Shown one piece after another: positions 1 to 7,644 of a DNA stretch of 13,558 nucleotides. The notes under the pieces were generated by a model. It worked only from the letters and a program-made list of their open reading frames with translations. It did not search any database and was not told where the DNA came from. The stretch lies in IMG/VR virus record IMGVR_UViG_2690315994_000032. The stretch is one strand, 5' to 3'. The translations under genes and the position numbers were made by a program. This DNA comes from a virus (Duplodnaviria; Heunggongvirae; Uroviricota; Caudoviricetes). Each line of letters starts with the position of its first letter. Within the stretch, counting starts at the first letter, position 1.

Positions 1-483
1 ATGACGAAGAAAAAAGCACATAAACCTGGTTCAGCGACCATCGCGCTTAACAAGCGCGCCCGTCACGAATACTTTATTGAAGAAGAGTTCGAAGCGGGAC
101 TTGCCCTGCAAGGCTGGGAAGTTAAATCCCTGCGCGCAGGAAAAGCCAATATTAGCGACAGCTATGTCCTTCTGCGCGACGGAGAAGCGTTCCTGTTTGG
201 CGCAAACATCACGCCAATGGCTGTGGCTTCTACGCATGTGGTGTGCGATCCTACCCGTACCCGCAAGTTACTTCTCAACCAGCGCGAACTTGATTCGTTG
301 TACGGTCGCGTCAATCGAGAAGGCTATACCGTAGTGGCGCTCTCCCTGTACTGGAAAAATGCCTGGTGCAAAGTGAAAATCGGCGTCGCCAAAGGTAAGA
401 AACAGCACGATAAACGTTCAGATATCAAAGAACGCGAATGGCAGGTGGATAAAGCGCGTATCATGAAAAACGCCCACCGTTAA
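1..483 (+). CDS. smpB: SsrA-binding protein SmpB (trans-translation cofactor)
   Basis: Complete 160-aa ORF, ATG at 1 to TAA at 481-483. Translation ([48 protein letters not shown]...) is recognisable as enterobacterial SmpB, and it sits directly upstream of the tmRNA gene as in E. coli. Confidence 0.97.
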
Positions 484-677
484 ACCTGCACTCCAATTCT
501 TGACCAGTTCCTCACCGCGCCTCCCTCTCCGGCGGCGCGAATGAACATCTTATTGGCTATCACATCCGACAAAAATGTTGCCATCCCATTGCTTAATCGA
601 ATAAAAATCAGGCTACATGGGTGCTAAATCTTTAACGATAACGCCATTGAGGCTGGTCATAGCGCTCATAAATCTGG

Positions 678-683
678 TATACT
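678..683 (+). promoter_or_regulatory. Putative ssrA promoter -10 element (TATACT, preceded by TGg)
   Basis: TATACT hexamer with upstream TG lies about 15 nt before the mature tmRNA 5' end at 698, consistent with a short precursor leader removed by processing. No convincing -35 found. Confidence 0.4.
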
Positions 684-697
684 CGCCGTTACACATT

Positions 698-1060
698 GGG
701 GCTGATTCTGGATTCGACGGGATTTGCGAAACCCAAGGTGCATGCCGAGGGGCGGTTGGCCTCGTAAAAAGCCGCAAAAAATAGTCGCAAACGACGAAAA
801 CTACGCTTTAGCAGCTTAATAACCTGCTTAGAGCCCTCTCTCCCTAGCCTCCGCTCTTAGGACGGGGATCAAGAGAGGTCAAACCCAAAAGAGATCGCGT
901 GGAAGCCCTGCCTGGGGTTGAAGCGTTAAAACTTAATCAGGCTAGTTTGTTAGTGGCGTGTCCGTCCGCAGCTGGCAAGCGAATGTAAAGACTGACTAAG
1001 CATGTAGTACCGAGGATGTAGGAATTTCGGACGCGGGTTCAACTCCCGCCAGCTCCACCA
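698..1060 (+). ncRNA. ssrA: tmRNA (transfer-messenger RNA, SsrA)
   Basis: 363-nt sequence starting GGGGCTGATTCTGGATTCGACGGG and ending GGTTCAACTCCCGCCAGCTCCACCA. It has the tRNA-like acceptor/T-arm ends and an internal tag frame, and matches the E. coli tmRNA as I recall it. Confidence 0.96.
787..819 (+). other. tmRNA tag-peptide reading frame (resume codon GCA; encodes ANDENYALAA, stop TAA)
   Basis: GCA AAC GAC GAA AAC TAC GCT TTA GCA GCT TAA read directly from the sequence inside ssrA; this is the canonical enterobacterial degradation tag. Confidence 0.9.
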
Positions 1061-1070
1061 AATAAATCAA

Positions 1071-1099
1071 GGGGTTACGTGAAAGCGTAGCCCCTTTTT
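1071..1099 (+). terminator. Rho-independent terminator downstream of ssrA
   Basis: GC-rich hairpin GGGGTTACG-tgaaag-CGTAGCCCC followed by TTTTT, 10 nt after the tmRNA 3' CCA. Confidence 0.75.
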
Positions 1100-1118
1100 C
1101 TTAGGTAGTGGCGGCAAA

Positions 1119-1157
1119 ATGGCGACAGACTTTTGCGTCCATCTTGCCTGTCGCCAT
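1119..1157. repeat. Perfect 10-bp inverted repeat ATGGCGACAG-N19-CTGTCGCCAT (candidate operator or structured leader)
   Basis: Arms at 1119-1128 and 1148-1157 are exact reverse complements, read directly. The element ends 27 bp upstream of the ATG of the 160-aa ORF. Confidence 0.5.
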
Positions 1158-1183
1158 CTTGAAATCATGCAAAGAGGTTTGAC

Positions 1184-1666
1184 ATGGAAGAACTTCACTT
1201 TGTTTACATCAATGCAAATGGTCGTATCGGTGTTCACTCAATACAGAGCATCAGTTATAGCGAAAATCACATACAGGGCATTTGTAAGAACACCGATCGA
1301 ATAAAAACCTTCCGAAAAGACCGCATTCTTAAACAATACGATTCACAAGAACAAGCCATTCAGGAATGCGCGTCATTCCTCCCCGAAAACTACTCACATC
1401 TCACTAAGCAGTCAGGTCCGAAAAAAAATACATTCGATGTGTGTTTCACCGGATTTAAGAAAGCAGATAAAGAAAGGTTGGTTGATAAGGCGAATGAACA
1501 AGGATTAACGGTAAGAACATCTGTAACCCAAAACCTTCAGATGCTCTGTTGCGGTTACAATGCAGGCCCATCAAAAGTATCGGCAGCCAGGATGAAAGGC
1601 ACTATCATCATAGATGAGCCTGGCTTTATACATTTTCTTGAAACGGGTGAGATCCCAGATGAATAA
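1184..1666 (+). CDS. Hypothetical 160-aa protein with WYL-like N-terminal and BRCT-like C-terminal domains (accessory/cargo gene at the prophage end)
   Basis: ORF with good SD (AAGAGG at 1172-1177, 6-nt spacer to ATG 1184). Visibly AT-rich compared with flanking genes. N-terminal segment YINANGRIGVHSIQSISYSENHIQGICKNTDRIKTFRKDRI fits the WYL-domain pattern; C-terminal segment FDVCFTGF...GLTVRTSVTQNLQMLCCGYNAGPSKVSAARMKGTIIIDEPGF fits a LigA-type BRCT motif. Domain calls are by motif recognition only. Confidence 0.7.
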   Translation: MEELHFVYINANGRIGVHSIQSISYSENHIQGICKNTDRIKTFRKDRILKQYDSQEQAIQECASFLPENYSHLTKQSGPKKNTFDVCFTGFKKADKERLVDKANEQGLTVRTSVTQNLQMLCCGYNAGPSKVSAARMKGTIIIDEPGFIHFLETGEIPDE

Positions 1667-1694
1667 AAACCTGCCGTAGCAGGTTCTCTTTCTT
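1665..1694. terminator. Bidirectional rho-independent terminator between convergent ORF160 and ogr
   Basis: Hairpin ACCTGC-cgta-GCAGGT (1669-1684) flanked by an A-run upstream and a T-rich run downstream, placed exactly between the two convergent stop codons. Confidence 0.6.
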
Positions 1695-1911
1695 AAAAAT
1701 TCATATGGCCCTGACCACCTGGCAATGGATGTGGAGGGGCTGTGGCAATCACTGCAGGTGTCACAATAAACCGGACCACTGTTTCATGGGTAACAAAAGT
1801 GCTCCCGCAGTTAATATTTTGGCACTGGCAGTAACGCTCTTTGGTGCTTTCTGTTACTTGAAAACTGCTCCTTGTGTGCGCCGCATGACCACACTTTGGA
1901 CAATTCATCAT
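1693..1911 (-). CDS. ogr: Ogr/Delta-family zinc-finger late-gene transcriptional activator
   Basis: Translation MMNCPKCGHAAHTRSSFQVTESTKERYCQCQNINCGSTFVTHETVVRFIVTP...PHPLPGG has the C-x2-C...C-x4-C zinc-finger arrangement and length (about 72 aa) of P2 Ogr. The six-frame ORF extends to 1956, but the MM start at 1911/1908 matches the Ogr N-terminus. Confidence 0.85.
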   Translation of the reverse strand: MMNCPKCGHAAHTRSSFQVTESTKERYCQCQNINCGSTFVTHETVVRFIVTPAVIATAPPHPLPGGQGHMNF

Positions 1912-1979
1912 ATCCAGATCCCTACCTTTGCTATCAGAATCATTGCAATGATACACAAGATATCAATATTGAGAACCAT

Positions 1980-3080
1980 TTATTCCATTTCAAGATCACT
2001 AATTTTCACTTCAAGTTCAATACTGGTCGTAAAACCGTTATCCGGGCTGACGGTATGTGTCAGAGTCGTAATGGTCCATTCCGCATCATCTATTGGCTGT
2101 TTAAAGCCACTGACCTTCACAGGCATTTCCGTGTAGAGATCTGCCCGACCTTCCGCCAGTTGTAGCGAGAATGACGCAACACCGCGTTGCAGGCGTTCCC
2201 ACTGCATTTTCGCCGCTCGTTCGGCGTTGCTCCGGTTGGCATAAGTGCGATTAAGTACCAGCACGTTTTCATCCGTCCCCACCAGATAATCGCCCTGCTT
2301 CGCTTCCGGCTCTTTCTTCTGCTTCTTAGTTCTGCGCTTACGCTTCACCGTGGTGCTTTCTTTCTTCGCGGGTTCGCGGGTATGCAACCAGCTGGCAATG
2401 ACGCCCGTATAGGCTCCGCGATCTGCCAGGGTAAAGCGGTGACTGTCGCCGTCCTTACGCGTGATAGTGATCACCGGCAGTGGTTTACCGCTGGCGCTTT
2501 TGCCCTGTCCCTGCCGGATGAATAACAGATTGCCATTTTTCACCGATGCAATAGCACCGTACTGGCGCGCCAGTCGCATCAGAAAACTGCCGTCACTCTC
2601 ATTGGTCTGGTCTATATGTTCCACGGGTTTATCTGACAGGTCTTTACCCAATGCCATCTTCAGTTTGTGCCGTGCAGCTATTTCCTTCACCACTTCCCCA
2701 ACGGTGGTCTTGTGCCACGACTTTTCACGGCGGGTATTCAGCGTTTCACGAAAATCAGCACTTCGCGCCCGGATAGTCAGGCGGTCCGGTGCGCCAGTGT
2801 GTTCAATCTCGTCCACCGTGAATGCCCCTTTCGGGAAAAGCGGCTGCCCCTTCCAGCCCAGCGCCAGCGTAATAACCGCACCACGGCGCGGCAGCACGAT
2901 TTTTCCGTCGGCGTCGTCCAGCTCCAGATCAAGCTGGTCTGCTTCAAAGCCCCGATTGTCCGTCAGCGTCAAACTCATCAGGCGGTTATCCAGCACAGTG
3001 GTGATATCCCTGCCCTCAATACTGATGCTGAATGCGGGAGTTTTGTTGCCTTTGTTAAGCAGTTCAGAGCTGAAATTCAC
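1980..3080 (-). CDS. D: Phage late control / tail protein D (P2 gpD family)
   Basis: 366-aa ORF at the position and orientation expected after U in P2 synteny. Start is GTG at 3080-3078, overlapping the U stop as GTGA, with GGGAGGG SD upstream. Family assignment by recall of gpD-like sequence features. Confidence 0.85.
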   Translation of the reverse strand: MNFSSELLNKGNKTPAFSISIEGRDITTVLDNRLMSLTLTDNRGFEADQLDLELDDADGKIVLPRRGAVITLALGWKGQPLFPKGAFTVDEIEHTGAPDRLTIRARSADFRETLNTRREKSWHKTTVGEVVKEIAARHKLKMALGKDLSDKPVEHIDQTNESDGSFLMRLARQYGAIASVKNGNLLFIRQGQGKSASGKPLPVITITRKDGDSHRFTLADRGAYTGVIASWLHTREPAKKESTTVKRKRRTKKQKKEPEAKQGDYLVGTDENVLVLNRTYANRSNAERAAKMQWERLQRGVASFSLQLAEGRADLYTEMPVKVSGFKQPIDDAEWTITTLTHTVSPDNGFTTSIELEVKISDLEME

Positions 3081-3562
3081 GACAGCAGCCCTCCCACCGT
3101 TTTACTGATATCGCTTAAGGCAGACGTTGCCGTGTCCTGCAGATTATTCAGTTGCGCACTGAGATCACCGAACATATCGGACAGGGATTCATCCACCCGT
3201 TTGAGCGACAGGGTGAACTCAATCCGGCGCGGCATACCGTCGCGGAAAAACTCCGTTTTAGTCTGATTCAGTCCCTCAATCACATACATGCCGTAAATCG
3301 TGCCGCTGCCTTCAATCAGGGGCCATGCTTTCCCCTGTTCTGCCATCTGCTCCAGTACCAGCAACGACAGCCTGCCGCCTGTTATCTCCGGCATAAGAAC
3401 ACCAGAAAGCGTCAGCATGTCGTTGTCCGGTCCCAGAAACTGCGTGGACGGACGTCGGTTGACCCGGCTGTTTGCCGCATGTCGCCAGCTGCGTTGATAC
3501 TGCAGTTCCTGATACGGCACAGTGCGCAGCATAAACACGTACAATCCCAGCACCATCATCAT
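3077..3562 (-). CDS. U: Phage tail protein U (P2 gpU family)
   Basis: 161-aa ORF starting MMMVLGLYVFMLRTVPYQELQ, typical of P2 gpU. ATGA overlap with the T stop; located between T and D. Confidence 0.88.
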   Translation of the reverse strand: MMMVLGLYVFMLRTVPYQELQYQRSWRHAANSRVNRRPSTQFLGPDNDMLTLSGVLMPEITGGRLSLLVLEQMAEQGKAWPLIEGSGTIYGMYVIEGLNQTKTEFFRDGMPRRIEFTLSLKRVDESLSDMFGDLSAQLNNLQDTATSALSDISKTVGGLLS

Positions 3563-6500
3563 GCGTCGTATCCCCCCTGATCGCTGTAGTTACTCCTGGC
3601 TTTTGCCTTCAGCCTGCGTTCACGTTCATCAAGCTGGCGTGCCACCTCCCGCGCAATATCCTGCGCACTTTGTCCTGGCTGCGTCTGGATGATGATCTGC
3701 GTCGGTGCCTCAATCCGTTGAGCGGGCGGCACAGTGGCTGCACGACTCACCATCGCTTCGCCGCCTTTCGCGGGAAGTGCCAAAGGATGTAACGGCGGAA
3801 GCTCTGCAGGCGCGGCAGCAACGCCCATCATTCCGGCAACAACGGCAGCCAGTGCAGCTGTATTTCTCCGACTGGTCACGTTTGCCGGACCGTTGACAAT
3901 TTCAGGCCCGTTTTCACCGACAATGCCGAACTGCCCGCGCGGGATATAGCCGCCGCTGTCATACATCCCCGCAAAGCCATATCCCCATGACGGAAAACCA
4001 CCCGATGGCATCATCACTTTACCGTCTGCATTCACCGTCGCAGGTTGCTGACGCGTCACGCTTTCCGGCAGTTTCGCCTTTGCAGCCTCTTTACTGACAA
4101 TACCGAGTTTCTCCAGCAACCAGGAAACGCCGGATTTCAGGGAGTCCAACGGATGCATGACCATATTCAGCCCTTCCGCCAGTGCCTCCCCGAATCGTCG
4201 CCCCATTGCCGCTGCGCTCTGCAGTTCGGCAGAGGTCGACTTAACAGGCGTCAGCAGATCAGTAAACCAGCCCCACAACGCCTGTACTTTGTCGCCAATC
4301 CACTGGAACACGGGCTTAAGCGGTTCGAATGCAGCACTGATGGGACCTGCCGCCGCTTTGAATCCTTCCACCACGCCACCGAGAAATGCGGTGATGGGTT
4401 GCCAGTATTTCCAGACAACCAGCGCCACGCCCGCCAGTGCAGTAACCACAAGACCTATCGGACTGAGCAGAGCACCTAACAGACCAGATACGGCATACAG
4501 GGCAACGCGCAGCATCGCCAGCGGACCGGATGCCAGCACACGCAGCACCGCGCCTGCGGCAGCCAGTCCACCGCGTAGTGCTGCCAGTGGATTCATAAAC
4601 ATCACAGCAACCGCACGTAAACCGGATAATCCAGACCGCAACAGTGCAACCGGCACACCTGCTACAGTTTTCAGGACATTCCCCGTCAGTGATGCGGTGC
4701 GGCGCAAAGACGACAACGGCGCAGTAAGTAAACCCGCTGCGTTGCCCGATGAAGCAAGCCCGCGTCGCAGCAGTGCCAGTGGAGCGCCAGCTAACCAGGA
4801 CAACGCGCTGCTGGTTCGTGTTACTGCTGCCGTAACGGAAGGTAACGTTTTGATACCCAGCACAGAGAATCCCAGACGGATGACTGCCAGCGGCCCCAGC
4901 ACTGCAGCCAGCGCCACCGCTAAGGTGCCGAGGCCTACGGTAACCGCAGCCACAACAGCCGCTACTTTCATCAGTGTGCCTGTCAGTTCCGGGTTAGCTT
5001 CCACCCAGCGGCGCAACGCCCCCGTGATGCTTTTTACCGTGTACAGAATATCCATCAGCGGCTGGCGCAGCGTTTCGCCCAGGCTGCTGAAGGTGTTCTG
5101 CGCTCCGGTTTTGACCAGCAACCACTGAGCGGAAAGTGAGTCTTTGTTGATGTCGGATTCTTTCTGCATGGAACCGAGCGCATCATTGCCCGCTGTCAGT
5201 TTTAGCTGGCGCTGCAGTTCCGGAAGGTTGTTTGCCAGTTTCGCTGCATCATCACCAAACTCTTTACCAAACAACATGGTCATGGCAGACAGACGCTTGT
5301 CCTGCGGCAGTGCGTTCACCTTCTCCAGCACACGCTGGATAGTTCCCATCGCATCCTTCGTCATCTGCTTTTCAATCACTTCAGGATTGAGTTTCAGCAG
5401 ATTCATCCCTTCAAAGAAACTCTTACTTTGCATGGTGGCAATGGACAATTCACGCACCATCGCGTTTGCTGCACTGGCAGCAACCTCCGGCGCAGCGCCC
5501 AGTGTCAGGAAGGTGGAACCCAGCGCCGCCGCTTTACGATAATCCAGACGATCTGCCACACCGCCCAGGCGTTGCATGACATCAATGATGTCTGACCCTT
5601 TCGACATGGCGTTATCATCCAGATAGTTCAGCGCATCACCGAGCTGTTCAATATTGCGGGTAGGGATTTTGTAGAGCTGGGCGATTTTCCCCAGACTTTC
5701 TGACAGTTCATCCGCTGGCAGCTCAAAGGCTGTTGCCGCCTTTGCTGCCGTGCTGGCGAAGGCCAGCAGGTCACGTTTCTGGTCTTCCCAGCTGTCGTCA
5801 GGATTTGCGACGTTCATGCGCGCACCACCTTCAACCAGTGCGGCAAAGTCCACAGCACCGTTTTCCATCGGCAACTGTTCGCTGGCAGCCTTGATGGCAT
5901 CCTGCATTTCGTAAAAACGCGCAGTGCGGTTGCCATTATCATCACGCAGACCATTGACCTGCTTTGCCACACCTTTCATGGCATCTTCCATGCTGGTATA
6001 GCTTTTTACTGCTGCCATCACTGGCGCACCCATTGCCAGCCCTGCAGCCGTGGTAGTGGCTCCGGCTCCTGCGATGCGATCGCGCACTTCAAGCCGTCTT
6101 GAGTATTGTTCTCTGGCAGCGTTCATCCGTGCCTGTTGTTCACCCAGACGTTTAAGTGCTTTTTGCTGGCCCTCCAGTGCCTGCCTTGTTTCTTCAGCAT
6201 TTTTCTTAAGTTCTCGCTGGGCACTACTGAGTTGTCTGGTATCAATCCCTGATTCTTTAAGTGCCTGACGTTGTCTCTGGACCGCCCCCAACAAGCCGTT
6301 ATAGGTCTGCTGAAGTTCCTGTACTCGTGTTTTGGCCTGACTGAATAACTTTGCCTGCGCGGCGGTTGGCCTGTTAGTGGCAGCAAATTGTGTGGCGAGT
6401 TTTGCCGCCTCTTCGCGGGCTGCGTTCAGGTTGTTGGCTGTTATGGCTAGTTGCGAGCGCGTCTTGCGAAATTCATCAATTCTGCCAGCCTGCTTATTCA

Positions 6501-6636
6501 GTTCTTTGAGGCTGTTTCGGGTATACTGAATTGCGCCAGCCAGCTCTTTCGAACTGGCCTGTGCAACACGGAATGGGCGGGTGAGTTTGTCAACCGCATT
6601 AAGAATGACCTGCAGCCGCAGGTTGTTATCACTCAT
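3559..6636 (-). CDS. T: Tail tape measure protein (P2 gpT family)
   Basis: 1025-aa ORF. N-terminal half is coiled-coil-like (Q/A/K/E/R-rich heptad-like sequence), the central and C-terminal part carries hydrophobic Gly/Ala/Leu-rich repeats (…ALLRRGL…, …ALLRSGL…) and a GYGFAGMYDSGGYIPRGQFGIVGENGPE motif. Lies between E/E' and U. Confidence 0.9.
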   Translation of the reverse strand: MSDNNLRLQVILNAVDKLTRPFRVAQASSKELAGAIQYTRNSLKELNKQAGRIDEFRKTRSQLAITANNLNAAREEAAKLATQFAATNRPTAAQAKLFSQAKTRVQELQQTYNGLLGAVQRQRQALKESGIDTRQLSSAQRELKKNAEETRQALEGQQKALKRLGEQQARMNAAREQYSRRLEVRDRIAGAGATTTAAGLAMGAPVMAAVKSYTSMEDAMKGVAKQVNGLRDDNGNRTARFYEMQDAIKAASEQLPMENGAVDFAALVEGGARMNVANPDDSWEDQKRDLLAFASTAAKAATAFELPADELSESLGKIAQLYKIPTRNIEQLGDALNYLDDNAMSKGSDIIDVMQRLGGVADRLDYRKAAALGSTFLTLGAAPEVAASAANAMVRELSIATMQSKSFFEGMNLLKLNPEVIEKQMTKDAMGTIQRVLEKVNALPQDKRLSAMTMLFGKEFGDDAAKLANNLPELQRQLKLTAGNDALGSMQKESDINKDSLSAQWLLVKTGAQNTFSSLGETLRQPLMDILYTVKSITGALRRWVEANPELTGTLMKVAAVVAAVTVGLGTLAVALAAVLGPLAVIRLGFSVLGIKTLPSVTAAVTRTSSALSWLAGAPLALLRRGLASSGNAAGLLTAPLSSLRRTASLTGNVLKTVAGVPVALLRSGLSGLRAVAVMFMNPLAALRGGLAAAGAVLRVLASGPLAMLRVALYAVSGLLGALLSPIGLVVTALAGVALVVWKYWQPITAFLGGVVEGFKAAAGPISAAFEPLKPVFQWIGDKVQALWGWFTDLLTPVKSTSAELQSAAAMGRRFGEALAEGLNMVMHPLDSLKSGVSWLLEKLGIVSKEAAKAKLPESVTRQQPATVNADGKVMMPSGGFPSWGYGFAGMYDSGGYIPRGQFGIVGENGPEIVNGPANVTSRRNTAALAAVVAGMMGVAAAPAELPPLHPLALPAKGGEAMVSRAATVPPAQRIEAPTQIIIQTQPGQSAQDIAREVARQLDERERRLKAKARSNYSDQGGYDA

Positions 6637-7065
6637 CGTTGGCCCCGCTTCTCTGAATCGCTTTATACCGCCATTCCAGCACTTCGGTCAGCGGCATAAC
6701 GTCAGTAACGGATGGCGGCCAGTGAAAGATGGTGGCGATATCAGCCACCAGATCGTCAACCGTCAGGCTGTCGGTAAACCGGCAAGCACCGACTTCTTCA
6801 ACAAAAAAGTGACAACCTCAACCGACATGGCAGTGAGATCTGCCGGGTCCATCTCTGCAATTTCCTGTGCAGTCAGTGCCGGACTGGAGATACGGGGGAT
6901 CACGGTCATCATCGCGTTCACATCCATATCCATAATGGCCTGCAGGCGTGTACCGCGCAGCGCACCGGACTGCGGTTTACGCAGCACAATTTCGGTGATT
7001 TCTGTTTTACCGCGCTTGATGGGAGTATCCAGTTGAATAGTCTTTTCAGTCTGCTTATCGCTCAT
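6629..7065 (-). CDS. E+E': Tail assembly chaperone E+E' made by programmed -1 ribosomal frameshift
   Basis: Hand translation of the -1 frame from the slippery site gives 58 stop-free codons (VEEVGACRFTDSLTVDDLVADIATIFHWPPSVTDVMPLTEVLEWRYKAIQRSGANDE) ending at TGA 6631-6629, just before the T start codon. Same architecture as P2 E/E'. Confidence 0.75.
6763..7065 (-). CDS. E: Tail assembly chaperone E (P2 gpE family), zero-frame product
   Basis: 100-aa ORF with AGGA SD upstream of ATG 7065, located between FII and T. Contains the slippery heptamer near its 3' end. Confidence 0.85.
   Translation of the reverse strand: MSDKQTEKTIQLDTPIKRGKTEITEIVLRKPQSGALRGTRLQAIMDMDVNAMMTVIPRISSPALTAQEIAEMDPADLTAMSVEVVTFLLKKSVLAGLPTA
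6802..6808 (-). other. Slippery heptamer T-TTT-TTG for the E/E' -1 frameshift
   Basis: Minus-strand TTTTTTG (plus-strand CAAAAAA at 6802-6808) in the zero frame of E, read directly. Confidence 0.75.
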
Positions 7066-7119
7066 TTTGCTGTCCTGTAAATTGGGTTCTGGCGCGGTAT
7101 CCCGCGCCGTTCAGATACA

Positions 7120-7635
7120 TCAGAGGCCGAGGGCGTTGCGGTGCGCTTCCATCAGGTCCACACCGTCCACAATTTCCACCATGTTGATAAGGTCCACTTC
7201 ATAGAGCACCTCACCATTGATGGTCAGCTTCGCGTAGCTGTTGGTACTGGTCACTTTGGTGGTGTTGCTTTCGCCCGTCTTCCACTCGCCGGAATCCACT
7301 TCTTTGTGACGTCCCAGCACCACAAGCTCCACGGCCTGCACTTCCCCGGTATCGTCACGCTGGATAGAGCCGGTAAAGCGCAGCTGAATGCCATCTACCG
7401 TGGCTTTGCCCATCTGCTTAAACAGCAGCAGTTCAGTACCACCAATGGAAAATTCTGTGTCCAGCGCACTGTCATCAAGCCCCAGATCCACATCCACTGC
7501 ACCCGGCATTCCGCCGCCGCGATACTTCTCATATTTGCGGGTGAATTTCGGCAGCGTCAGCGACTCAACGATCCCCTGCCAGTTGTTCCCGTCGTTAAAC
7601 AGGTTCAGATGTTTTAATTTGCGTGGTAAAGCCAT
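7120..7635 (-). CDS. FII: Tail tube protein (P2 gpFII family)
   Basis: 171-aa ORF beginning MALPRKLKHLNLFNDGNNWQG, immediately downstream of FI in the same orientation. Confidence 0.9.
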   Translation of the reverse strand: MALPRKLKHLNLFNDGNNWQGIVESLTLPKFTRKYEKYRGGGMPGAVDVDLGLDDSALDTEFSIGGTELLLFKQMGKATVDGIQLRFTGSIQRDDTGEVQAVELVVLGRHKEVDSGEWKTGESNTTKVTSTNSYAKLTINGEVLYEVDLINMVEIVDGVDLMEAHRNALGL

Positions 7636-7644
7636 GTTGTCCCC

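Noticed and set aside
1061-1183. Possible LexA (SOS) box upstream of ORF160, by analogy with the tum locus of phage 186
   Set aside because: I looked for CTGT-N8-ACAG and found none; the only dyad is ACAG-N19-CTGT, which does not fit LexA spacing.
1119-1304. 61-aa ORF starting inside the inverted repeat and overlapping the start of ORF160
   Set aside because: No Shine-Dalgarno sequence, out of frame with the better-supported ORF160, and its ATG is part of the palindrome arm; more likely a regulatory DNA element than a coding start.
1705-2165. Plus-strand ORFs (143 aa and 97 aa) overlapping ogr and the 3' end of D
   Set aside because: They lie opposite ogr, which has a clear zinc-finger signature, and D; Cys/His-rich nonsense translation.
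2187-3266. Plus-strand ORFs of 112-215 aa overlapping D and U
   Set aside because: Antisense to well-supported tail genes D and U; no ribosome-binding sites; compositionally biased translations.
4157-5128. 323-aa ORF on the plus strand (plus the smaller 3705-3949, 4045-4479 and 5144-5542 ORFs)
   Set aside because: Entirely antisense to the tape measure gene T. The translation is low-complexity Ala/Pro/Ser/Arg-rich with no start context, the typical artefact of a GC-rich gene read on the opposite strand.
6451-7036. Plus-strand ORFs of 82 and 151 aa in the E/T junction region
   Set aside because: Antisense to E, E' and the T start; the minus-strand frames are explained by the frameshifted chaperone pair.
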